This document shows, in pieces, positions 51,918 through 64,000 of a DNA stretch of 64,000 nt. How positions within the stretch are numbered: position 1 is the first letter of the stretch; every line of letters starts with the position of its first letter. A program made the translations under genes and the position numbers. The notes beneath the pieces are model-generated. The model was not told the DNA's origin. It worked only from the letters and a program-made list of their open reading frames with translations, and made no database searches. Source of the DNA: Octopus sinensis (Eukaryota); NCBI RefSeq assembly GCF_006345805.1, contig NC_043020.1:16182001-16246000 (forward strand), given 5' to 3'.

Positions 51918-51982
51918 TATGTGTGTATATACACACATGCCAATACATATACATGTATACATATATAAATATGTATATATAT

Positions 51983-52030
<48 letters not shown>

Positions 52031-52305
52031 TATATGTACATACACACACACACACACACACATATGCATGCATGCACACATATATGTATATATGTATATA
52101 CATGTATATACTTATATATTATTCAATCATCTAATTTTTGATTTCTAGACTTCGAAAATTGAATCAAAAGAAAGTTTTTTTGTTTGTTTGTTATTTTTAA
52201 TCCTTAATCAAAATATTGTTGTTGTTGTTGTTGATGATGTTACATATGAATATCCAATCACAAACATATACATATATGCATATATACATAACTACACACA
52301 CACAT

Positions 52306-52377
<72 letters not shown>

Positions 52378-52867
52378 TGATAGATAGATAACTCTCTTTA
52401 TTGGCTGCACAGGGCTGAACACAGAGGGGACAAATACAAATGTAGAGCTTTTCTTTACAAAGATGGAAAAGAAAAAGGGAAAAAAATGGAGACAAATGTA
52501 AAATTATGATCAAAAGGGATCAGGAAAAAAAAAGGCGATCAAAAGGGATTGATTGATTGATTGATTCTAGTTTCAGCTCACGAGCTGTGGCCATGCTGGG
52601 GCACCGCCATTTATCATGGATTGTGTATCACAGAAAGAATTTTGTTTTTAAAGTAAGAAACAAGATTAGGTTCATCTGTGGAAAGAAAAGCCTACAGAAA
52701 TGACCACGGTAACCTCAGGCAGGGAGGAAATAAACACATGAGAGCAACGTATTTATACACAAAGTTCCTCCAAGTAAAATCCATACGAAAGAAGAAGGAA
52801 AGGTTGAGTGATGGAGAAGATGTAGTCTCTGAGATCAACCAACCCATCTAAGAAAGTTGTTACTCTC

Positions 52868-53345
52868 ATCATCATCATGGCTCAGCTTCGCAAACGAAGA
52901 TCAGGAAGGCTGTCCACGTCGTGTGCATGCACACTCATGACTGACAAGTCCAATATGGGAAAGGCAGGTCCGTGAGCAGTGCCCACAGATGAAGGTAACA
53001 TCCAGTGTGGTATCAGAGGCTGCTCGTGCCTTCCTCCTGCGTCTCTTGTCTTTAAGTACATCTCTTCTTTGTTCCTCAAACTTGCTGACTGCGTTGAAGA
53101 TAGTGTGGCACCAGACATCACGGTCCACAGCCAGGTCTGACCAGCATTGGTGGTTAATATGACATGCTGTTAGAGACTTCTTGAGGCAGTCTTTGTAGCG
53201 CTTCCTTGGAGCTCCTCTCACACGGTGGCCGGTGGAGAGTTCGCCAAACAGGGCAATCTTAGGAAAGCGATGGTTCTCCATTCTGGAGACATGCCCTGCC
53301 CATTGGAGGTGGGACTTTAGTAGCATGGCTTCAATGTTACTCTAA
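52868..53345 (-). mobile_element. RTE-BovB-like LINE 3' end with C2H2-like motif and (ATG)n tail
   Basis: LQWAGHVSRMENHRFPKIALFGEL..RKRYKDCLKKSL..FICGHCSRTCLSHIGLVSHE. Confidence 0.9.
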
Positions 53346-53650
53346 TACAGACTAGATAAAATTCATGCATGTTGCTACATGCAATGAATCTTGAATGATG
53401 GCATGATGAAATGTATCTGGCCTTTTCTGTAAATTTGGTTGGGGACGTGAAGTGTATCCAGCACTAAAAATTATACTGCAGACCCTGATTATTTGTGATG
53501 CAAGAAATAAAGGGGGCCAGTTTTCTCTGTTGCTGTATTTGCACGTAAAATGAAAGGGCCACAGTGAAAGTAAAGTGATGCTGTTGCTTATGCTGATGAT
53601 GATGAGGAAATACTCCCACTTATACATATGTCATCACCACCACCACCACC

Positions 53651-53709
<59 letters not shown>

Positions 53710-53749
53710 TACCACCACCACCTCCACCTCCACCTCCACCACCACCACC

Positions 53750-53812
<63 letters not shown>

Positions 53813-54339
53813 GTCAACAGCGTCATCCTTATTCTAATCTTTATATTGCATGAGTCAGATGAAACTTTATTTGTAAAGATCCCATCTAAGCATGAACAAG
53901 CAGAGGTTAAACTGATGGTGATGATATACATACGTGCATCTGAGTTCAAATTACACCGATGTCAGCTTTGCTTTTAATCCTTTTGGTGTTGATAAAGCAA
54001 GTACCAGTTGAGCCCTGTTTTTGATGTAATCAACTAGCCCCCACCCCCAGCAAAATTTCAGGTTTTGAGCCTATAGGATTCACGTGACCAACCAGACTAT
54101 AAGATGTTGCTAGTCATAGCACACTTTGCATCATTTAAGCCGTTGAATAATGTCACCCCACTGGTTAGGTGAGCAGGCCAGCATTCCCCACTGATCAAAA
54201 TGGGAAGTGGAGCAATGTGGAATGAAGTGTTTTGCTCAAGAACACAGCATACCACCCAGGCTGGGAAATGAAACCATGATCTAGTGATCGTGATGGCAAC
54301 AGCCTAACCACTGGACCATGTGCCATCAGTAGAAAGGAT

Positions 54340-54856
54340 CCACCAGCACAGATGCCAGTCATCGAATTTGAAATTGAAATCAAACTCGATGACTGGCATC
54401 CGTGCTAGTGGAGCACTAAGAGTACCATACGAGTGAGTTCATTGCCAGAGCAACAAGCTGGCCTCCGTGCTGGTGGCACGTAAAAAACACCATTCGAGCA
54501 TGATCGTTACCTGCGTCACCTTACTGGCACTTGTGGTGGTGGCATGTGAAAAAACATTCGAAGAAGGTCATTGCCAGTGTCGCTGGACTGACTCCTGTGC
54601 AGGTGGTACATAAAAAGCACCATTTGAGCGTGGTCGTTGCCAGTACCACCTGACTGGCCCTCATGCCGGTGGCACATAAAAAGCACCCACTACACTCTCG
54701 AGTGGTTGGCGTTAGGAAGGGCATCCAGCTGTAGAAACTCTACCAGATCAGATTGGAGTCTGGTGCAGCCATCTGGTTTGCCAGTCCTCAGTCAAATCAT
54801 CCAACCCATGCTAGCATGGAAAGCGGACATTAAACGATGATGATGATGATGATGAT
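54340..54856 (+). mobile_element. RTE 3' UTR fragment with (GAT)n tail
   Basis: GTGGCAC(A/G)TAAAAA repeats and the conserved terminal GGCGTTAGGAAGGGCATCCAGCTG. Confidence 0.85.
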
Positions 54857-56149
54857 ATAAACATATGTATGTGTATGTATCCTTTTGTATACCTGTCGTA
54901 TCTCATTGCTCTAATCCTTTTATATCATTCTGTTTCCATTATACCATTCTCTGGTAGCATTTATTATAAATTTTCTCGTACATTGAAGTGAGTAATCTTG
55001 TTCAATGTGTCAAAATCACTATGACCTTCAGTCAATTGTTGATGAAGAATCATCAGCCCTCATATTTGTGTTATTCCTTGACCAGTGGCTTTCTGCTTAA
55101 TTTTCTTTCTATTTCTGTTATGCCACACTGATTATTTTTTTACCTACATTAATATATTTTTTAATATCGCTCAGCAATCATCTTGTTTACTCTTTTCATC
55201 ATTCTTTTTCTCTGTCTCTGTCTCTGTCTCTGTCTCTCTCCCTCTCTCTTCCATCTTTCATCATCCTGTCACCTTCTTCTTTCTCTTTTTTATCCTCCCT
55301 CTCCAATTTCTCTCTATCTGATTCTATCCCTTCCTATCATGCCTGTCTGATTATCCATAATTCCACTGCTTATGCATACTTCATGTCCTTTGCTATAACT
55401 CTCTCTTTGTTCAAGGGTTAACTACTAAAAATCTACTATTTATTTTCCTCTCAGAGCTACATATATGCACAAACATCCCTGATTTGTTTGTTCTCTTCCA
55501 CTCAAGTTGAAAAAGCTCGCTGTTTAACAGGTGTTGCCAGGTTCTAAAGTTAGGGAGAGCAAACAAACACATTAAAAAAAAAAAGGTACTGTTTTGCATA
55601 CCAAACAATTTTTAACTCATTTTTTTAATATTCTCTTTTACTTGTTTCAGTCATTCGACTGCAGTCATGCTGGAGCACTGTCTTTAGTCGAGCAAATCGA
55701 CCCCAGGACTTATTCTTTGTAAGCCTAGTACTTATTCTATCAGTCTCTTGTGCCGGACCGCTAAGTTACGGGGACGTAAACACACCAGCATCGGGGATCA
55801 AGTGATGTTGGGGGGACAAACACAGACTCACAAACATATACACACACACATACATATAAATATATATATATACATATATACGACGGGCTTCTTTCAGTTT
55901 CCGTCTACCAAATCCTCTCACAAGGCTTTGGTTGACCCATGGTTATAGTAGAAGACACTTGTCCAAGGTGCCATGCAGTGGGACTGAACCCGGAACAATG
56001 TGGTTTGTAAGCAACCTACTTACCACACAGCCACTCCTACGCCTACACAAAATATTTCATTAGTTACAACATATGTGATTGTAGCTTTATGACCAGTTCA
56101 AAAATGTTTGTGGAACGTTCAAACCTGTAGGCAAGCCATTCACTACATT

Positions 56150-56444
56150 TTCATCATCATCATCATCATCACCATTTAGCGTCCGCTTTCCATGCTAGCA
56201 TGGGTTGGACGGTTCAACTGGGGTCTGTGAAGCCTGAAGGCTGCATCAGGCCCAGTCTGATCTGGCAGTGTTTCTACGGCTGGATGCCCGTCCTAACGCC
56301 AACCACTCCGTGAGTGTAGTGGGTGCTTTTTACGTGCCACCCGCACAGGCGTGCCACCCGCACAGGCGTGCCACCCGCACAGGCGTGCCACCCGCACAGG
56401 CGTGCCACCCGCACAGGCGTGCCACCCGCACAGGTGTGCCACCC
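56150..56444 (-). mobile_element. RTE 3' end fragment with 6.5 x 17-bp repeats at its 5' truncation
   Basis: GTGCCACCCGCACAGGC units start at 56334, 56351, 56368, 56385, 56402, 56419 and 56436. Confidence 0.9.
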
Positions 56445-57127
56445 ATTTTGTCATGGAAAAATTTTCTCGCTGTAATGTCATATTTCAGTAAGAATTTTAT
56501 TATGTTCAAAACTTACAGCTATTGATATTGGAGTGACATGAAATAAATTTACAACTCCAGATATTGGTGTGACGTGAAAAAGATGAAACTCCATAGGATT
56601 GTCTGGCTTTGAGAGGTTATGATATCAGGGTTTGTTTAGGTTCTTCAGATCTTAGCAGCCACCAACACATCACAGGAAATTGATCTGACAGTTCTAAAAC
56701 ATGGGTGATTAGTCAAAGGAATTACAACCTTGTTTTGTGGTCTGCTACCACAACAGCTCCTTTATAGGATCCAGTTAGCTCAAGACATCATCAGGAGGAA
56801 CCACGTCCGGTTTCGGCCCCTACTCCTCTACCGTTTTGACGTGGCGCCCCCCCCCCATCCCTTTCGAAGGTGTCTTCAGGGTGATTGGTCAAATAAATTA
56901 ATGACCCAATTCTTCCAAGGCCATGCAATTAACAAAAAGAGAAAAAGAGAGATTTAAATTTTATCTCACAGGTGATCTAAGGAGTTTAAAAAAAATTTTG
57001 AAAATGCACCAATTTTTCAAAATGTGCTTCCTTTGCTTCCCTATTAGTTAACCCATTGTTCATTAACCGCTTAGCATTCAGTTTACTCTGTCAAAGGCAA
57101 CACTTATTTATTCATATTGTTTTGAAA

Positions 57128-57456
57128 CAATTGCAGCATGGAAGGTGTTTGTAAGCCATTTAAGAAGCACACAAAAACCGTTCGATTCACTTCAACATTT
57201 AAGTTTAATTTGTCAAAATATTTTCGTCGCTTTAAGACCGCGACCTGTTCACTGACCACGGATTTTTGTCAGTGAACAGATCGCGGTCTTAAAGCGACGA
57301 AAATATTTTGACAAATTAAATTTAAATGTTGAAGTGAATCGAACGGTTTTTGTGTGTTTCTTAAATGACTTACAAACACCTTCCACGCTGCAATTGTTTT
57401 CATTTCAGCACACGATCTCAGATCAAATCACTTGCTATGCAAGTACATCTCCGTAA
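57128..57456. mobile_element. Foldback PLE-type insertion with two divergent hammerhead motifs and 10-bp TSD (family H11)
   Basis: Arms 57128-57256 and 57265-57396; TSD TGTTTTGAAA at 57118-57127 and 57457-57466. Confidence 0.85.
57265..57315 (+). ncRNA. Minimal type I hammerhead motif with G3-C8 core pair (mirror copy 57209-57256 on -)
   Basis: TTTGTCA-GTGAACA-G(A/G)TCGC..GCGAC-GAA-AATATT-T-TGACAAA. Confidence 0.75.
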
Positions 57457-57854
57457 TGTTTTGAAATAATCATGCGTTATCTCATAATTTCAAGAAAGCT
57501 GTGAGATGGCAGGACTGTTACCATGCCAGACAGAATACTACGAAGCATTTTATCCATCTTTACATTCTGCATTCAAATTCTGTTAAGGTCAACTTTGCCT
57601 TTCATCCTTTTCATGCTGATAAAATAAATAAACAGTGAAGTGTTGGTGGGGTCATGGGTCACTGTAATAAATGACTTCCCCTCCTCTCAAAATTGCTTGC
57701 TCTGTACCAAAATTTGAAAATTTGAAACCAATATTTCATTGCTTGAAGATTTTCATAATGTGGTTGTTCTCTTTTTAAATGACATTGTAGGGTAGGAATG
57801 AGAGGCTGAAACTGGTCAGTTTGAACATAAAACAGGTGGAATACTTGGGATGAA

Positions 57855-58110
57855 TATCATCATCATCATCATCATCATCATTTAACGTCCGCTTTCCATG
57901 CTAGCATGAGTTAGACAGTTCGACTGGGGTCCGGGAAGCCAGAAGGCTGCACCAGGCCCAGTCTGATCTGACAGTGTTTCTACAGCTGGATGCCCTTCCT
58001 AACGCCAACCACTCTGTGAGTGTAGTAGGTGCTTTTTACATGCCACCTGCACAGGTGCCAGACGAAGCTGGCAAACGACCACAATTGGATGGTGCATTTT
58101 ACATCCCGGC
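57855..58110 (-). mobile_element. RTE 3' end fragment
   Basis: Same terminal sequence as 6890-7059, reversed. Confidence 0.9.
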
Positions 58111-58699
58111 CAGTTTAAATGCCAAAGAGTTAATGCTTTTTGTCACCTGTCTGTTTGTCTTATTTCCCCATATCTCCTTTATAAAGATGATAAGCTTAAA
58201 TATTTGTTAAACCCACTTCCCCATAATTTTTTATATATTCTCCAGTATTTGTTGTCTTTCTGCTCCACTTTTCCAAATCATTTTCTCATCCTGTTCTCAA
58301 TACACCATTTCCTAGTTGCATTTGTAGTAGATATTCCAGCACAGTTAGGCAAGCAATCCTGTTGTAATGACCTTCAGCTGATAAAAGGAAATTGGTGTCT
58401 ATGTTGCTGTTTTCTTTGTTCTGTGCAGTTTACTTATTCTCTGTGTTTAGTTTTTGTTATTCACATACATGTGTATATGCATATAGGGCACAGGAGTAGC
58501 TGTGTGGTAAGTAACTTGCTTACCAACCACATGGTTCCGGGTTCATTTCCACTGTGTGGCACCTTGGGCAAGTGTCTTCTACTATAGCCTCGGGCCGACC
58601 AAAGCCTTGTGAGTGGATCTGGTAGAAGGAAACTGAAAGAAGCCCGTCGTATATATATATATATATGTATGTGTGTGTATATGTTTCTGTGTCTGTGTC

Positions 58700-58850
58700 T
58701 ACCTGATGTAGTGATTTTCCTTTGCTTTTTCTAACAAATTGACCTTTCCTCATCAAATAAGACTTATATCTGATGTCTTTGTGGACAACATTTCTCACTG
58801 TTCCTTCTGACACATGGAGATCTTATGCATTACATTGGTAAGAAAGTTCT
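58700..58850 (-). mobile_element. maT-like transposase N-terminal fragment
   Basis: SEGTVRNVVHKDIRYKSYLMRKGQF. Confidence 0.6.
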
Positions 58851-58859
58851 TGGACAACC

Positions 58860-59712
58860 AAGCCACCTTCAATCTCGCAACTAATCAGGAGCAGCCAGCG
58901 GTCTATTGTGACTATATAAAGACTCGGCAAGGTCAGCAATCTTGGAAAATGGGTGCCAAATGAATTGACTGAAGCGAACAAACAAGCACGTGTCACTGCA
59001 TGTCAAAGTCTGCTCTGGCAAAACCAAAGATTCGATTGGTTGAAATCAGTAATCACTATGGATGAAAGTGGGTAGGTACTGTACTCCAATGTGAGGTGCA
59101 CACGATCTTGGTGTAGCAAAGGTCAACAGCCAAAACCTTCGCCAAAAGGACCGTTTGTGCAAAAGAAGGTTATGATCTCAGTTTGGTGGGATTGCTATGG
59201 TGTGATCATGTTGGACCTTCTCCCATGCAATACCACCATTGACAAGGATGTCTACTGTGAACAAATGGACCATCTAAAGATCGTGCTGGCCAAAAAACGC
59301 TCAAATTTGAAGAAGATAATTTACCACCAAGACAATGCACCAGCACATCATGCAAAGAAGATGTCAAAGAAGCTGAAGGAGGCAGGCTGGGAGATTATGG
59401 TGCACTCACCGTATTTTCCTGACCTTGCCCCTTCTGACTACCACTTATTCTCTGCCTTGCAATGAGCGATTGGCGATATAGAGTTCGGAAACAGAGAAGA
59501 TGTGAAATCATTCCTTTATGACTTTATTGATTCAAAGCCACGTGATTTCTAGATGAAAGGATTCAAAACTTTGGCCGAAAGATAGCAAAAGGTGATCAAT
59601 AACAAGAGTGATTATCTTTTGGTTTGATTGTTTTTTATTGTTTTTTATTGTTTTTTTAATTGTTAGTAAAGTGATATGTTAAAAGTGTCCAAGAACTTTC
59701 TTACCAAACTGA
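58860..59712 (+). mobile_element. Decayed mariner (DD34D) transposase, 5' part missing
   Basis: GKWVPNELT, ITMDES, HQDNAPAH..HSPYFPDLAPSDYHLF with 34 residues between catalytic D; premature stops. Confidence 0.92.
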
Positions 59713-59937
59713 TGTGTGTGTGTACTTATCATGCACCACTTGACAAGTGGCTTTGTTTCTTAACATCTCCATGGCTTAGCTATTCAGCAAAACGTGATTG
59801 ATAAAGTAAGTGCCTGACTTAAAAATAAATCCCGGTGTATTAGTAGCTAATCCCTTTATGTCAGTGCTCCAGCATGTACACAGTCTGTCAAATGGAACCA
59901 TTAAATGAATTAAAAAAATATAAAAATACATACATAT

Positions 59938-60930
59938 AGGAGCTGGCTTGGGTGTGTGGTTAAGAAGCTTGCTTACCAACCATGTGGTCTTGAGTTCAGT
60001 CCCACTACATGGCACCTTAGGCAAGTGTCTTCTACTATAACCCTGGACCAACCAAAGCCTTGTGAGTGGATTTAACCAACGGAAACTTAAAGAAACCTGT
60101 CATGGGTGTATATGTATGTATGTATGTATGAATGTATGTATGTATGTATGTATGTATTTATGTATGTATGTATGTATGTATGTATGTATGGATGTATGTA
60201 TGTATGTATGTATGTATGTATGTATGTATGTATGTATGTATGTATTTATGTATGTATGTATGATGTATGTATGTATGTATGTATGTATGTATGTATGTAT
60301 GTATGTATGTATGAATGTATGTATGTATGTATGTATGTATTATGTATGTATGTATGTATGTATGTATGTATGGATGTATGTATGTATGTATGTATGTATG
60401 TATGTATGTATTTATGTATGTATGTATGTATGTATGTATGTATGTATGTATGAATGTATGTATGTATGTATGTATGTATGTATGTATGTATGTATGTATG
60501 TGTGTATGTATGTATGTATGTATGTATGTATGTATGTATGTATGTATGTATGTTTGTATGTATGTGTGTGTATGTGTGCATATGTGTATGTATATGTATG
60601 CATGTATGTAAGTGTGTGTGTGTGTGCATGCACACATATGCATGTTTATATGTAAGTATGCATGAATGTGTGTGTATGTGCATATTTGTATGTATATGTA
60701 TGCATGTACATGTGCACGTGTGTGAGTGCGTCTGTGCTTCTGTGTGTGTGTGTTTCTGTTTCTGTTTGTCTCCCACCGTCACTTGACTACCTGTGTTGAT
60801 TTGTTTACATCCTCGTAACTTAGCAGTTCAGCAAAAAAAAAAAGAAATAAATAAATAGAATAAGCATCACGCTTTAAAAATAGGTAAACCCTTCAAGGCT
60901 GCACCACAGTCCAATGGCTGAAACCAGTTA
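59938..60930 (+). mobile_element. Diverged SINE family A whose internal microsatellite has expanded to about 650 bp of (TATG)n/(TG)n
   Basis: Head and central domain at 59938-60105; degenerate 3' body resumes near 60760. Confidence 0.75.
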
Positions 60931-61061
60931 CAGGCGAGAAATAGAAGACACTTACAAAATCTACCAATTGCTGTATTCCTCATTTTCTCCACCCCTCTCC
61001 CTCCCCCCTCTCTTTCTGTCCTTTAATTTCCCTCTCCTTCTCCATCTCTTTCTTTCTCTCT

Positions 61062-61095
<34 letters not shown>

Positions 61096-62059
61096 CATCC
61101 CCTCCTTTCATCTCTGTTTCTCCTTGTTTACAGTTTTAATCAAATTTACAAGGAAAAAAAAATTATTTTTATTGTTTACTTGTGTGTTTTGAGGTGTGAA
61201 CAGTGTCTCTTATTGCAATCATTTCTCATTAAAGTCCATCCATCCGATTTGCCTCAAGCTTCGTTACTGATCATAATTATTACAATTTGAAGTTAACGAA
61301 GAATTCAGACAAAGCTATTTATTCTCATATTATCTAAATACAATATCTGCAATCAGAGACGTACCAGTTGATTGATCAATAAGTTTATGACAACACCTCG
61401 TCAAATCTATTCTGGAACATTCTGCATGAAGCTTCTCTTTCATTGTCCAGTGACTTCATTTCCAAAGTTCTCTCTTCGATGGATTATATTGATAACATAT
61501 CAATCAATCAGTATTTGGTCTTCTCACGCCAGTCAGATAAATATAATTTACTGATTGATTTTACCGTCCTAATTAGATGTGTCTGTCAAAGGGGATTAGA
61601 CTTGTTAACTTCGTGTGACATTGTTTCGTCATGGTGAAATTTAAGCTCTGTGCTGTAAGCAAGTAAAGGTACATGGCCTGCATCAAGCAATACATTGTAT
61701 CCTTGAGATAGGCATTTTAATCAGTTGTAAGTTTGTGCCAGCTGAGTGTTGCTGTGGTCCTTTCTCTCTCCAATTATTATTTTCTCAATGTGCCATTGGA
61801 TTAAGGGCAAGTGGACTGACTGAGTGTCCATGGAGGCACAGGCTCTCTTTACTCTTTACTCTTTTACTTGTTTCAGTCATTTGACTGCGGCCATGCTGGA
61901 GCACCACCTTTAGTCGAGCAGCTCGACCCCGGGACTTATTCTTTGTAAGCCCAGTACTTATTCTATCGGTCTCTTTTGCCGAACCGCTAAGTGACGGGGA
62001 CATAAACACACCAGCATCAGTTGTCAAGCAATGCTAGGGGGACAAACACAGACACACAA

Positions 62060-62128
<69 letters not shown>

Positions 62129-62957
62129 TATACGACAGGCTTCTTTCAGTTTCCGTCTACCAAATCCACTCACAAGGCATTGGTTGGCCTGGGGCTATAG
62201 TGGAAGACACTTGCCCAAGATGCCACGCAGTGGGACTGAACCCGGAACCATGTGGTTGGTTAGCAAGCTACTTACCACACAGCCACTCCTACGCCTAAAT
62301 GGTAAGAAATTTGCTCCCTAACTACATGTATCTGGGTTCACCCCCACAGCTTGGCACCTTGGGTAAGTGTCTTCTACTATAGCCCTGGGTCAATCAAAAC
62401 CTTGTAAGTGGATTGGCACCTAATAGTTATAGTTTAGTTTCCAACTACACTGCTAAGTAGACAACACTTTCTTTTTTTCTTTATTGCCCACAAGGGGCTA
62501 AACATAGAGGGGACAAACAAGGACAGACAAAGGGATTGAGTCGATTACATCGACCCCAGTGCATAACTGGTACTTAATTTATCGACCCTGAAAGGATGAA
62601 AGGCAAAGTCGACCTCGGCGGAATTTGAACTCAGAACGTAGTTGCAGACAAAATGCCGCTAAGCATTTTGCCCAGCATGCTGTTCCTGCCAGTTCACTGC
62701 CTTCTGATGGCTCCTGTTTATTACGAGATGGAGTGAATATATGAACACTGTCCTAAAATTACATCTATCAAAGGTTGGCATTTAAAAGAGGTAGTTCAGC
62801 CTCCAGCCTGGCCTTGATTAGGCTGACTTATAATCAAAGATGTTTGAGTCATGATTATTTTATCTTTTATCATCTACTTGCTTTTATCTTCTCCTTTTTT
62901 TAAACAAACCAGCCCCCAAAATTATTCTTTCAAAGCTTGGCAGTTATTCTATATATA

Positions 62958-63258
62958 CATATATAAGTCATACGATATAGTGTATATTTAAATACATAGA
63001 GAATCCACTTCTAGGAATTCTATGCGCTAGAAAGAACAGCTAAGTTCTATAACCACAAAAAATTGGGGATAAGACTCGACAGGAATAAATTTGGAATAAT
63101 TTCCAAATTTGGAATAATTTCCAAATTTATTCCTGTTGAATCTTATACCCAATTTTTGGTGGTTATAGAGCTTAGCTGTTCTTTCTAGTGTGTAGAATCC
63201 CTATAAATGGATTCCTTATGTGTTTAAATATACACTATATCGTATGGCTAATATATAG
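62958..63258. repeat. About 300-bp imperfect palindrome (arms about 150 bp)
   Basis: CATACGATATAGTGTATATTTAAA..GAATCC mirrored; centre is a duplicated TTTGGAATAATTTCCAAA hairpin. Confidence 0.9.
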
Positions 63259-63556
63259 TCTTTTTGACTAAAATGTTTTACACGTTGGACCACTGGAAAT
63301 GTAATTTTTGATTGAATGTTTTTTAGTTTTAATTAAATTCCATTTCCCTTTGATATGATTGTATATATATATAATGTAGGTAGGGTAAAATCCAAGTTGT
63401 GTCGTTTCGAAGCACATCTCCCTATTCCAGAATTACAATCCAGTATGTATTTACTATCATTGTATTGATGTGAGGTACAAATTAGAATTGAATATTCTGG
63501 AAATATTGTTTGCAGAGTTATATGACAAAACAGGAAGTTGGAAAATTATTTTGGTA

Positions 63557-63962
63557 TAGGTGCAGGAGTGGCTGTGTGGTAAGTAGCTTGCTAACCAACC
63601 ACATGGTTCCGGGTTCAGTCCCACTGTGTGGCATCTTGGGCAAGTGTCTTCTACTATAGCCTTGGGCCGACCAAAGCCTTGTGAGTGGATTTGGTAGACG
63701 GAAACTGAAAGAAGCCTGTCGTATATATGTATATATATATATATATGTATATGTGTGTGTCTGTGTTTGTCCCCCTAGCATTGCTTGACAACTGATGCTG
63801 GTGTGTTTACGTCCCCATCACTTAGCGGTTCGGCAAAAGAGACCGATAGAATAAGCACTGGGCTTACAAAGAATAAGTCCCGGGGTCGATTTGCTCGACT
63901 AAAGGCGGTGCTCCACCATGGCCGCTGTCAAAATGACTGAAACAAGTAAAAGAGTAAAGAGA
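63557..63962 (+). mobile_element. Full-length SINE family A
   Basis: A/B boxes, body and GTAAAAGA tail as in the other copies. Confidence 0.9.
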
Positions 63963-64000
63963 GTATCATTTGTTCACTTTACATATTTTTCCTTTGTTTA

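Noticed and set aside
53575-53853. Poly-His ORF
   Set aside because: It is a (CAC)n/(CAT)n microsatellite.
56790-56885. Minus-strand CTGAAGA ... GAAACCGGAC as another hammerhead
   Set aside because: Position 16.1 is A rather than U, stem II does not pair and stem I is out of register.

Overview
This is repeat-dense, AT-rich animal genomic DNA. Its SINE/LINE repertoire and extreme microsatellite load point to a coleoid cephalopod, probably Octopus (inference). I found no intact host gene; most ORF-track entries are microsatellite or repeat artefacts. Recognisable content: a 5'-truncated RTE LINE (2734-7059, YADD RT) plus many RTE fragments, at least four tRNA-derived SINE families, decayed mariner (DD34D) and maT (DD37D) transposons, a Tc1/mariner-superfamily MITE, R4/Dong-like and CRE-like RLE relics, and Penelope-like element (PLE) GIY-YIG relics. 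The main signal, invisible in the ORF track, is about 15 type I hammerhead ribozyme (HHR) motifs in about 11 unrelated short non-coding elements, often inserted in (TA)n and often with PLE-style inverted arms. One motif (43117-43202) is fully canonical. Others carry compensatory U3-A8 or G3-C8 core pairs and palindromic stem III segments suited to dimeric cleavage. One motif lies downstream of a tRNA-derived SINE head. Minimal PLE hammerheads are a known class, but this local diversity and the possible SINE-ribozyme chimera merit testing. All structures were read by eye; no folding or database search was run.
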